A DNA stretch of 63,052 bases, counting the filler, from Rhabdomonas costata (taxonomy: Eukaryota), in assembly GCA_019059605.1 (NCBI GenBank). It is 24 parts of 24 records of this genome, joined end to end, with 100 filler letters (N's around TTAATTAATTAA, not from the genome) between each part and the next. Parts side by side here need not be neighbours in the genome. Positions count along the whole stretch, not along the records: positions 10,540 to 13,073 come from JAHMHO010002977.1; positions 13,174 to 15,707 come from JAHMHO010002978.1; positions 15,808 to 18,339 come from JAHMHO010002979.1; positions 18,440 to 20,972 come from JAHMHO010002980.1; positions 21,073 to 23,602 come from JAHMHO010002981.1; 19 more parts are not named here. One strand, 5' to 3'. The notes beneath the pieces are model-generated. The model did not search any database and was not told where the DNA came from. It was given only the letters and a program-made list of their open reading frames with translations. The position numbers were made by a program, and so were the translations under genes. This document shows, piece by piece, positions 10,564-21,248 of this stretch (position 1 is the first letter of the stretch; every line of letters begins with the position of its first letter).

Positions 10564-12878
10564 TATGATCGGGATCGGGATCAGCATGAAGGGAACGGAG
10601 AAGAAGGCGACCAGCAAGAGGAAGGTCTGCATAGAGTTCTGTGTGGAAGCGCTGCCGTAGAGGTACTTCTTAGGCTCCACAGAACCCGGGGCGAGGAAGA
10701 AGTTGGTCATCGTCTCCAGCAGCGAGGGAGGGGTCATGCCGTTGAGCATCCGAGTGGGCCAGTCCACTAGCCACTTGACAATGATCATAATGTCCATGTA
10801 GCCGAAGGTACAACTCAGGAAGAGCACCTCGGGAATCCAACAGAACCAGATGTGCTTAAAGTCTTTGAAGTAGATGTGATTGAGCAGCTGCAGCACGAGC
10901 CCCCAGATCATCTGCGCAAATGAAGAAGTAGGAAGGGACGGTCATCTTCGGCAAAATGCTCTTCGGGGAGGGGGTCTGGTCCCAATGATGCAAAAGCAGG
11001 AGAAGGCTTTCAGGTTTTTCACCTGTTCCTAGGACAAGGCGTAATATTTATTTGCAAGGACAACAAATACCATAATGCAGGTTCCTAAATGCTCTTTACC
11101 ACGTTAAACCCTGAAAACATCCAATACTATCCCACCCGGTGAATGGACACAACCCTGCCCTCTGCTCGCACCCCCTGACCCCCTGACCCTGTCCCAGAAA
11201 AGCCAGTCACCTGAGCGACACCCAGAATAACCGCCATCTTCATCTTCAGCCCGTTCATAAACTCCAACTTGTTCTCAGCCTCCGCCCAGTCGGAGTCCAC
11301 GCCGAAGGCGTAGGGCGATCCGCCAGCCACTTTGCAACCCTGGGTGATGGAGGCATTGGATCCGTGCCAGACAACGAACCCAGGGTCACAGTTGGCAACC
11401 GCCGCAGCATGGTCCTCTGGGAAGAACCAAAAGGGCCGCCCCCACGGGCTAATCATCATCCCAAAGAAGTCGTTGTAGAGGAAGCCCATGTAGATGGCAA
11501 GGAGACCCATGAAGAAGAGGACGTATCGTCCTCCAAACACGATTGCAATAATCTCGTTGAGTTCGGTGGCGAGCATGGCTTTTTCTTTCAAAATGAACAC
11601 CGTGGCCAGCACGGTGAGCATGAACCCGTGGCCAATATCCCCGTACATCACCGCGAAAAGGAAGGGGAAGGTCATGATGCTAAAACAAGTGGGGTTGACC
11701 TCCTTGTATCGCGATACACCTGTGCAAAAGAGAGCGGAAAAACCAAGAAGGAAAATCAAGGCAGCGCTCACGCATTGCCCAAAAGAGAAACACAGACACT
11801 AAGAAACAGACACCGTACGAATCCACGATGCTTTGGTGAGTGCTGGTAAACTTGTTGGTTTTGTAGTACGTGGGTGGTTTCTCCTTGGTAAGTAGCTTGT
11901 CCATGAAGGAATCCACCTGAGCTCCACTGGACTCCTTGGCTTCCGAAAGGGCAGTTTGCACACGAGGGAGGTCGTCCTGCGGGGCCCAGCACTCCGCCAC
12001 TGCAGTTGAGCCTTTGAAGGAGAGCATATTCATAACGCTGAAAACAGCCTTTTCCACCAGAACAGTTTTCTTCCACTCGTAAATGTTCTGCTGCACCATC
12101 CGAAGGATTTGGCCGCGCACGTCCTCTGTGCCGTCGATGGTCTTCTGGAGAACCTCCATGTCATCGCGAAGCCTCACCCCGTTCTCCTGCTCCTGGGGAT
12201 TGCCAATGGTAGGGGACAATGGACGCCTGCAGGCTCTCGCAAAGCTTCTGTATCCTGTCGTGCGCCCGCTGAGCGGAAAAGAACACCACGAACACGGCCT
12301 TCTCCACAGTCTCCCCTGTTGCGGGGTTGATGAACGTCTCCTTCGCGGGGTTGAATCGCATGAACATGTTCCCCCGGGTGGCCCGGTAGACCAGCCGTTC
12401 AAAAAGGGTAATCTTGTCATCAGGTATCATCCCAGTGATGTAACGCAGCCCACCAGCCCGCGGCCCACCACCGTCCTCGACCTGGTCTTCGCTTCGGCCT
12501 TGGTCGACCCCACCGCCCACCACATCCCCTTCTTCGTCGCCCCGAAAAAAAGACGGGTCCTGAGACAGAACCTCAAGGTGCTCCTGCATACTGTTCTTCT
12601 GAGCGAGCAGCTGCTCCCACTTGGAATTCAGCTCCCGGAGTTCAGACTCCAGCCCTTCCAGCTTCGGCTCCAGGGTGTCCAGGGTCTCAATCGCAGACGC
12701 ATGGTCCACCTTGGCCAGCCGCGCGCTCTTGTGGCGAAGCTGCTCGCGGCGAACCTGCTCATCAAAGTACCTCAGTCTGCGCTCGCTGTCCTCGCACCGG
12801 CGAATATCGTTGGTGAACATCCGCTGAAACGCTGACACCCCAACATTCATCTCACGAAACTGGACACACCCCAGATGC
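10564..12878 (-). CDS. ATP6V0A: V-type H+-ATPase V0 subunit a (Vph1/ATP6V0A), partial, 3 exons with a frameshift near 12211
   Basis: Exons 12878-11814, 11719-11211 and 10911-about 10564, with GT-AG introns 11813-11720 and 11210-10912. Motifs include VQFREMN, FERLVYRATRGN, AECWAP, PPTYYKTNKFT, YKEVNP, FPFLFAVMYGDIGHG, YAFGVD and NGLKMKMAVILG. Confidence 0.96.
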
Positions 12879-13264
12879 CTGCAAGCACAAGAAAACGGAT
12901 CCAGGTATACGTACACACACCGTACACAAACTGTTGGTGGTTGACATCTCTCTCTCAACATAACTCTTTCTCACTTTGGTAACTAGCTTTTCCTCATGGC
13001 ATCTCAAGCACATAAAGTAACTCAACAAAAGAAACTCCAAAATGGAACATATGTGGGTCACTCCGCACCTCACNNNNNNNNNNNNNNNNNNNNNNNNNNN
13101 NNNNNNNNNNNNNNNNNTTAATTAATTAANNNNNNNNNNNNNNNNNNNNNNNNNNNNNNNNNNNNNNNNNNNNGGTTTGTGGTGCGATTGCTGTGTGTGG
13201 GCCCTTTTCCCTTGGATCAGTCCCCGCTCATGTTCGGGCCGCTTCTTTGTTGTTGTGTTCCCAG

Positions 13265-15707
13265 GAACAAGCTGGTGCTGGCTGCGACGGTCTGCCTTCC
13301 TCGGCTTGGAATCGGTGTGGCTTGTGACCTGCGAGGCTCCTCCTTATGCCCTCTGGGTGGTGTTCGGCTATTCTTGAAAGGCGACGTGCAAGCGGGGTTG
13401 CGATCTATGCCCGTTGCAAAAATTGGAAGCCGATGAATTCCGCATCTTCCGAGTTGAAGAGATTTATACCGAAAAAATGATTACACTCAGTAATCATAGT
13501 CTGGGCCTCGTCCCCTCCCAGAAATAAGTCTATTATTTGGGTCAGTGATTGCTGGCGATTAATGGCAATGCACTAGAGTGCCAAGTCAGAAACAGGGCGC
13601 GTTAAGAAATGTGGGGCAGGACATCTGATCTTTGGGACAGGTGTGGCCGAAGAGAAGTAAATGGAGGCTTTTTTCTAGAGTCATCACAATATCTCCAGCA
13701 CAAAAGTCTTGGGAATCGAAATAGTTTTGATACTCGTTATACCCGTGGCAATAATCCACCCACCCTCAATGGAACAATGGAACGACACCTCATTATATCG
13801 CGTTGGCAGTGCGCTGTTGTGCCGTTATACAATTGCGAGGGAGAGACAGTCGCCGAATACTCGATTCACGATGCTTCCCACATAAAATGTGTCTCTGTAG
13901 GTCTCATTTACAAGACCGACGACGACGTTGTGGTGCAACACAGTGTGAAGGAGGCGGTAGCCTACGCCAACTCGCAGAACAGCGCTGACCAAAGTACGTT
14001 GGAACTAATGGTGGGGCGGGCCTACCCCTCCTATGCCACGGGGGTGGGCACGGAGGTGCAGTTCCTGTCCGACCTTAAGGAGCTCTCTCAGAACTGCTCT
14101 GCGGACCTGAACTCCTCCCGCTGCGTCTTCAGCGGGGGGCTCGCCAGAGCCATGATGAGTGCCCTTCGTGGGCAGACCGAGATTGGGGTGGACACGGACT
14201 ACAACGGGGATGCGGTGTACACCGCCAGTGGGTACTCCACGGAGGTGTGCAAACCCATTATAACACGTACGCAACCACAGGTGGCCGGAGGAACACGTAC
14301 ACACATACACACACAAGCTGAGAGGGAGGGATGGAGGCAGAGAGACCCGAACCGCCATAGGGCAGCGCGGGCAGCCGGTGGAAAAAAGCTGCTGCGCGAC
14401 AAAGGCCCGGGGATCCGTGGGGGCAGAAGGGATGTTACGATGTGTGAAACGTTCGCCGGTGAGCCAGTACCCCGCGGCGTCGTTAGCTCCAATGTTACCT
14501 CTCGCGAGTACCATGTGGCCAACAGCGCGTGCCCGTCAATTCACAATAGTCCAGTGCTCACCAACTGTCAATCAGGCGCGCGCCCAGCACACACACACAC
14601 ACACGCTATCACAGATAGAGATTTCGTGCTCTTGGCTAAGGCAGACTTTATTTTGGGAATCTCTTCCCCGCTGGGCTCCCCACCATGTATGCGTGATTTG
14701 GGTAACGTGTCTTACCGTGGAACGACTTGTATGAAAAACTCAAAGAAGTTGCGACACAAATTTATGACCTCGGTGTAAATTCACCCAAAACGAAATGGCA
14801 GACCAAGAAACGAGAAGCTGCTGCTTACTTCCACTGCATCCTACCTGGGTCGTCGAGCGAAGGGTCTCCATAAGTCCTACGAGAAGTCGACGGAAATTAA
14901 ACTTCACGCAACATGTGGTCGTTTCGCGGGACCCGAGACCCATGTATCCCATTTATGCCAAAATGAGTTAAACCAAGGCGGTCCGGCGACACTGTCAGAC
15001 TTCCCCAATGTCTCATATGTAATAAAGGCGCCACCCCAAAAAAAACAATCAGTGGTCAGCGAAAACTAGTGATTGATTTGTTGTTTATTACCGCTAGCGC
15101 TTCCTCTCGCACAGCTCAACGTGGGCCTCGTGTTGAAGATCGACCGTGCAGAGGTCATCTGGCCCCTCGTTGTGGACCTCCTCATTGTGCTCTTCACGGC
15201 GGTCGGGATTACCGCGTTGGGGGTGGGACTGCTGATCGTCTGCTCCCGACGCATGCTGGCCGCTCTGGAGGATTCCTGGGAGAAGGGCAAGCAGGCCGTG
15301 GAGCAGCAGAAGCAGAGCTTTCATCGGCTTGTGGTGGCGATGTACCCGAAGTTTGCCTCGGATGGGCTTCTTGCGGAGCAGGCGCAGATCGTGATGGAAG
15401 TTGAAGAGGTTTGCTCTGTTTTTTTTTTCGAAACGCGTGGTTTTGTTTCAGGGCCGCCGTCTTCTTGTGAGAGAGGCGGCGGTATTCTTATCGTCTGAAG
15501 AGTTCAGGTTGGTTCTCTGACTTCAACCCAGTCATCTCTGGTTGCCAAACTGTGGGGGGGCCCAAGCCCAGATTTCTCTCTGTGAACTTCAATAGGTCTC
15601 CTCTCTGGAACTTGTAGCGCGGATGCGCCTGGATAGCTTTCCGGCACACGCTTATGGTTCACGGCACTGGCATTATTTTGATTTGTCAGGCGACGATATT
15701 TTTCTCC
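13265..15707 (+). CDS. Receptor-type class III nucleotide (adenylyl/guanylyl) cyclase with Cache-like sensor modules, partial
   Basis: In-phase GT-AG exons 13265-13314, 13901-14244, 15115-15408 and 15690-15707. Two Cache-like motifs (VLAATVCLPRLGIGLIYKTD; ALRGQTEIGVDTDYNGDAVYTASGYSTELNVGLVLKIDRAEV), a TM helix, a coiled linker with LVVAMYPKFAS, then ATIFFS (start of the cyclase core) at the contig edge. Confidence 0.75.
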
Positions 15708-15996
15708 NNNNNNNNNNNNNNNNNNNNNNNNNNNNNNNNNNNNNNNNNNNNTTAATTAATTAANNNNNNNNNNNNNNNNNNNNNNNNNNNNNNNNNNNNN
15801 NNNNNNNGTTTTTTGGGCTTCGGTTCGTAGACCCGATTCTGATGTTTTTCTGCGCCTGCTTCGCGGTCACCAGTGACTCTTATTGTCATTTGGATACGCT
15901 CGGGACAGGAATGGGGATGTCAAGCAGCCGGCATGGAGCAATGCGCCGCCATCCTCAGAAACGTGGGTAGGTCGAGGTCCTTCATGCTCAGGGTTG

Positions 15997-16310
15997 TCTG
16001 TTTGGTGACCCACACACACACTATCCAGGGTTGGATAGTGCCAGTGTTCAAATGCAGCTTGCCCCTGAAGGGCGATGAACGGTTCCCAGGAGAATTATCG
16101 TACAAAAGGGATTGAATTATTTCGGTGCGAAGCTAGTCCGCGGCGCGGCCGAAGGGGGGCGTGAGCGAGGAAATGCCCCCCTAGGCATCGTTGCAGCTGT
16201 GGAGTCCGCCTAGATAGTGCTCACGGATAGTGCCCACTACCCATGGATATTGATTACTATCCAGCTGGATAGTGAGCACAGGCCTGGATAGTCGGGGGTC
16301 ACCAAACAGA
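15997..16310. mobile_element. MITE-like element with 15-bp terminal inverted repeats
   Basis: TCTGTTTGGTGACCC (15997-16011) and GGGTCACCAAACAGA (16296-16310) form a perfect inverted repeat. Subterminal ACTATCCAGG/CCTGGATAGT and several internal GGATAGTG copies. No recognisable coding capacity. Confidence 0.55.
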
Positions 16311-16442
16311 TTAAACCCCAACCTTCTCATTTTCCGTTCCCGAAATTCGGGCTCTGTGTGAGGATTGTGAGGATTGTGAGGATTTGTTTGCTGGTCAGCC
16401 AGGTGGGCGCTTTTTTTCTCCCCAAGGCTCTTTTGTTGTCCA

Positions 16443-18084
16443 ATGAAAGGGCAGAAGCTCAGCTACGGCTCCGACGTGGACGCCTCAGAGACTTCGGGCA
16501 CCCTGTACCTGAGCAGCCCTTTGATTGCTGGCAAAGGTCGGGTGTGGGTCTATATTCTATTTCGCTTCATCATTCCTTTTGCGATTATTGCCAGTGTTTT
16601 TTCTACCGTTATGTTTTGTGAAAGTCATTGGAAATTGAAGTCCGTTGTGCAGGGTAAACGTTTAGCACCGCAGTGTTTTACGAACCCCCCCTCCTCCCAA
16701 TAAAAAATTCCAGAGGCCTTTGCGGCAAAGAGGCAACCGGCCCTCTTCTGCCCTCACTTGAACGAGGGTTTCCTTCATCCTCCAACGCGAAGGATTTTCC
16801 TGCCATGTAGGGAGGGCGTCGCAGATGGCGCTGAGGCGACAACACTGCAGTCTACCAAACCCTGGGAACTCTAGAAAGCATGTTTCTGTAGACGCACCTC
16901 CTACAGCTTGTGGCTCGGTGGGCCTTAGAACGCTCACCACTATCCTCTGACTGGGCTCCCAGAGCCAGACAACAAAGGACGCGGAACTCAGATTCCCCAG
17001 CCAAGCTGTGCGTGTCCACCCTCTTTCCCATCTTTGGGGCCCACGCTTCAGGCATTGCATGGAACCTCTGCGACCGCTGCGGATTAGCCACAGCGGTGGA
17101 AGTGGGGCACCCTGTCGCCCGCCCGAATCAGTCCTGGGTGTGCACCATGAACACCTGGAACCCTGGGGTGGCGCAGTGCTGTGGCCCGGAGGAGTTCATG
17201 GACGCCCTGCGAAACTTCCTGGAGACGTCCGGAAGACGGGGTAAGCTCCTGGACTCCGAGGTGACAGTGGCCGGGAAGCCCGTCGACCTGTGGTGGCTGT
17301 TCAACTTCGCTACTCAGCTCGGAGGTATTGCGGCTTGAGTCCACTCTTCTCTGCCTGCACTTTTTCTCTCTCACTTACTGTGGAGTGTGTTCCCTGGCAA
17401 TGGGAAGAGGCTCAGAGTGGAAGGAGTCTAAATAACAGCGAAAACAGTAATTAACGAGGCTAAAATTACCGGGATCCTAATTTTGAATCCCACAGAGCGG
17501 CCTGGACTGCCGGAACGATACGAACGCAAGACCGTTTTTTCGACGGGAACAGTATGACAGCATCAGCTTCGCCCACTCTTTCAACCCGACCTCCCCCCTC
17601 TCTCGTCTCTTCGTCCTTCATCGGTTGTGTGCGCATCGCTATTATTTTTCTGTTGCGTTTTGCAGTGGCTTACCGGAGACGGAGAGCTCTTGTTAATAGG
17701 AAAATACCCTTGGTGCTGGAGGTTACCCAACACCACGTGAGGTCGCGACACGTGTTCTCCACCTGGTAGTTGTGCTCCCATAAGCGTATTCCCAATGTTG
17801 GAGAGGGTTGGGGAGGGACGCTCACCTCCCACGTTTCAACTAGAAACTCGAAACCCCCCGGCACTGTGCAGATGAAAGCAGGCATCCAAGTTATTGCCGC
17901 CCACCCGCACGCAGGGAGAGCTGAGCTGTTGCGGTTTTGGTAGGTTGGCGCACGGTGAGGAAGAACCGATGGACCCCCCTCATGATCGGGGAGCTGGGGC
18001 TCACGGGCATGCGTGGTGCCTCCTCCCAGCTCGCGGACGTATACCACACCCTCTTGCTCGATTACGAGGACCACAGCTTTCGGG
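16443..18084 (+). CDS. zf-CW zinc finger plus ARID/BRIGHT domain protein, 5' part
   Basis: Exons 16443-16536, 17052-17324 and 17944-18084 join in phase (GT-AG). zf-CW: WNLCDRC...WVCTMNTWNPGVAQCCGPEE. ARID: FMDALRNFL...VAGKPVDLWWLFNFATQLGG-WRTVRKNRW...ELGL...ASSQLADVYHTLLLDYE. Confidence 0.82.
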
Positions 18085-18223
18085 GTTTGCCGTTTTGTGG
18101 GCTTTGCGCTGTGATGTGACACAGGGCAGCTCTATTGTAAGGAGCAGAGCTGTCCAGTCTCGATACGCCTAAGTCACCACTGCCTTACTCGTTTGCCCCT
18201 CAGCACTGGATTTGGAATGCTTA

Positions 18224-18332
18224 TTTCTTGACGGCGCAACTTCAAAACATATGCTTCCATGGATCAGCCACGGACACTCGTTTCTGTTATGGTTCGTGGA
18301 AGCATATGTTTTGAAGTTGCGCCGTCAAGAAA
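18224..18332. repeat. 36-bp perfect inverted repeat (fold-back) at contig end
   Basis: 18224-18259 is the reverse complement of 18297-18332, followed by an A/C-only tail at the contig end. Confidence 0.9.
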
Positions 18333-18774
18333 CAACCCCNNNNNNNNNNNNNNNNNNNNNNNNNNNNNNNNNNNNNNNNNNNNTTAATTAATTAANNNNN
18401 NNNNNNNNNNNNNNNNNNNNNNNNNNNNNNNNNNNNNNNCGCTAGTGTGTGGCAGCGTGCTGTGTGCCTTTTGAGGCGGACCTCCGCCTCTTTCGGGTGC
18501 TATGATTTGGTTCACCATACACTGTTCACGACGCAGACTTTCTGCCACCACTGTCAGGTGTGTGCATGCCACTTTGAGACCGCGAGTCACATTCGTTGGC
18601 CTGCCGAGTTTGGTCCTGCTGGCCTGAGTTGATATGAACATTTGTTACGCAAGGAGATGTGGAATACATTTGATGAAAATGTGTGAAAAGGACACGAACA
18701 CGCTGTTCTTGTTTTTCCTTTTTAGTCCTGCACTCTTTTTGATTAATTTTGAACAGCGTGATTGTTCCTCGCAG

Positions 18775-18995
18775 ATCTGCCCCAATATGAGCCCCGTCAG
18801 CCAGGGCTGGTTGCTGTGGAAGATGGCGGCCCATCTGTGCACGCTAACTGGGCAGCACGCGGTGCTGCGTTTTGCGTCGCAGGCCTGCCGGCCTCTGCGG
18901 TGTCGGATCCCTCGGCTGCCTGGGGGCACGGCGTGCAGCATGTCTGGGAAGGAGTGTCCCCCGACTCCATCGGAGTCATCCGCCAGCTCATGTGA
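18775..18995 (+). CDS. Terminal exon of a hypothetical protein, weakly HAD-hydrolase-like
   Basis: T-rich tract and CAG acceptor at 18774. The frame reads (D)LPQYEPRQPGLVAVEDGGPSVHANWAARGAAFCVAG...IRQLM*. VAVEDG resembles HAD motif IV. An alternative frame (ICPNMS...) is also open. Confidence 0.3.
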
Positions 18996-20599
18996 CAGCT
19001 CTGACAGCACATAAGAGATAGGAGGACTCTGCCCCAAGCACCAGGTGTTGTGCTTCTTCGTACCAAGTCCGCATCTGTATCGATCTCGCCTTCAATTTCT
19101 TGGGCCTGTACGCTGCCGCTGTATGGACCACCTGTAGATATCCTGGGGCTTCTATCACTGATCCCACGCCGCACTCTGCTTTCGAAGCTGTGCGTTCCTT
19201 CTGTAAGGGTTTCTGTGAGGGTACGTATTTGCAGAAGGAAGAATGGATTTGGGGACAACTTCTTGTGTCGGACCTGTTGTGGTAAGGCTGGTGGAAATAT
19301 GGTGCGCTTCGTGTAAAAAGTGAGAGCACGAACCTAAAAATTTATAGGCAATACACGTCAAGACAGTTCGGGTAGCACTGACACAAGGGTCGCAAAAAAA
19401 TCGCAAAGGAAAGGTTATTCATCGGAGGCAGGCAACGGCAAAGATCACAAGGCAAAGGCATGTGCGCTGCCTTCACGGACAAAGGGACAGGTCAGGGAAG
19501 GAAATAAGACGTTTGGGAGGAAGGAGAGGAGATGTGGACGTGGATGTGAGAGGACAACATAAACCGTGGAGCGCGTGCAGTTTGGACGAATACCTTCAGA
19601 AAAAAGGAACCCAGGGTTGTGGTTTGAGGAAAGACAGAGTTGGGCTGTGCAAACACAGAAACACACAACGTTTACAACGTCTACAACATCAACAACAGAG
19701 GAGGGGGGGATCATTCATCAAGAGCGGTGGGGAGAATCGCCCGCGACAACTGCCGGCCCTCGAACCTAACACCAAACTAAAGACATGCCACGACCTAGAA
19801 AGACCTAGAAGGAAGAGCAGCCAAGTGCGTTTTTATGTACCTGTAAATGCTGCTTTTGGGAAATTTCTGTTCTCTGTTTGAGGTGAAGCTGGGGGAAACA
19901 ATGCAATCCCATCGCACCTGCTTCCGCGGGGTCGAAAATCGTTGGGTTGTTAATGGGTATGACTGGCGTTCCGCCGGGGTCCTCCTAAATCAAACTTAGA
20001 GGGGACTCCCCCTACACGCACTCACACTTTCCGACACTTTTCCACATGTACTCTTATTTTACCTTTTCCCCTCAAGTTCACATGCCTAGCTTGTCTTGAT
20101 GGGCACCATTGTTTAAAATATGGTCCAACGGGCTTTGCTTGCTGTGAGATACATTGCCTGCTTTGCTTTGCTTTGCTCCACCTTATTCTGTATTCACCTC
20201 GCCTACTCCTACCCACCACCGCTCTTACGCGGTTCTGGCGTTTAAGTCCATTAAGCTCTCTGTCATTGTAACTCCTTCGGTTTCCCTTGGACTCACGTGA
20301 TTCTTGGCCGTTGTGTTGTTTCCGTTTCCACCTCGAAAAAGAACAGGTTTCGCTAGGAAACTTTTCTTTGCTTTGGCTTTGGCTTTGCTCTGCTTTGTTT
20401 TGCTTTGCTCACGGGTACCTGTCTTCCCCTCCCAGATCGAGTCAGCTGTTCTAGGTTTAAGCAAGCATTAGTTGATGACTGTTATGGTGTGGGATTGTCG
20501 AACAAAGGTTATGTCATTTCCGCTGTTATGCCTGCTGCCTGCTCCCCGCTCCCTGTTCCTTGGACTTTTTGATCAGTTCCTTTTTCAGAACAGTCCAAA

Positions 20600-20965
20600 A
20601 TGCAAAGCAAGCTTTCTGAGTTGTTGAGTGGGCTGGGGGTTCCTCCAGTCTACCACAATGTCCTTTCCACCTTGTGCGGACACCACCCCGAGTTCTTGCA
20701 AGACATACAACTCGCTGACTTGCAAGGCGCTGCGGACGACACAGGCGCTCCGATTCCTGCTCCCGTGGCTCGAGGCTTGCTTCGCAAGCTCCAGTCCATT
20801 CCACCTGGCGCCGGAAATTCTGCAGTAGACCCCACAGTTGCCCCAGATATAGACTCTTCTTTGCCCTCGTCTTCCTCGGTCACCAATTCAGGTGCTCAAA
20901 TCATCGCCGCCGCGCAGACCCAGCCACTGCAACTCACGGTGACTGCAGATCCTCAGGATGAACCC
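20600..20965 (+). CDS. N-terminus of a protein with a SAM-like helical domain
   Basis: ATG follows the TTCCTTTTTCAG acceptor-like site. MQSKLSELLSGLGVPPVYHNVL...EFLQDIQLADLQ...IPAPVARGLLRKLQ follows the SAM pattern, then an S/T/P-rich linker. The frame is open to the contig end. Confidence 0.45.
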
Positions 20966-21248
20966 CACACCCNNNNNNNNNNNNNNNNNNNNNNNNNNNN
21001 NNNNNNNNNNNNNNNNTTAATTAATTAANNNNNNNNNNNNNNNNNNNNNNNNNNNNNNNNNNNNNNNNNNNNTTGGTGTGTTTGGGTTGGGTGTGTGCCG
21101 TTGTGAATCTTCTGATAAATTAAGTGACCAGCCTTGCAAATAGCCGCAAAAGAATTTGAGGGGGAATAAACGGGTACTGGGCCCAAACTGACTGGCCACA
21201 GAACTGGGAATCATGAGGAGTGATGTGAGAGAAACTCAAAATGCATAC

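Noticed and set aside
12083-12835. 250-aa plus-strand ORF, and similar ORFs opposite Rab18 and VPS13
   Set aside because: These are antisense shadows of GC3-rich coding exons.
13609-14778. 389-aa ORF as a single protein
   Set aside because: Only 13901-14244 is exon. The flanks are intron read-through, including CA-repeat-derived HTHT runs.
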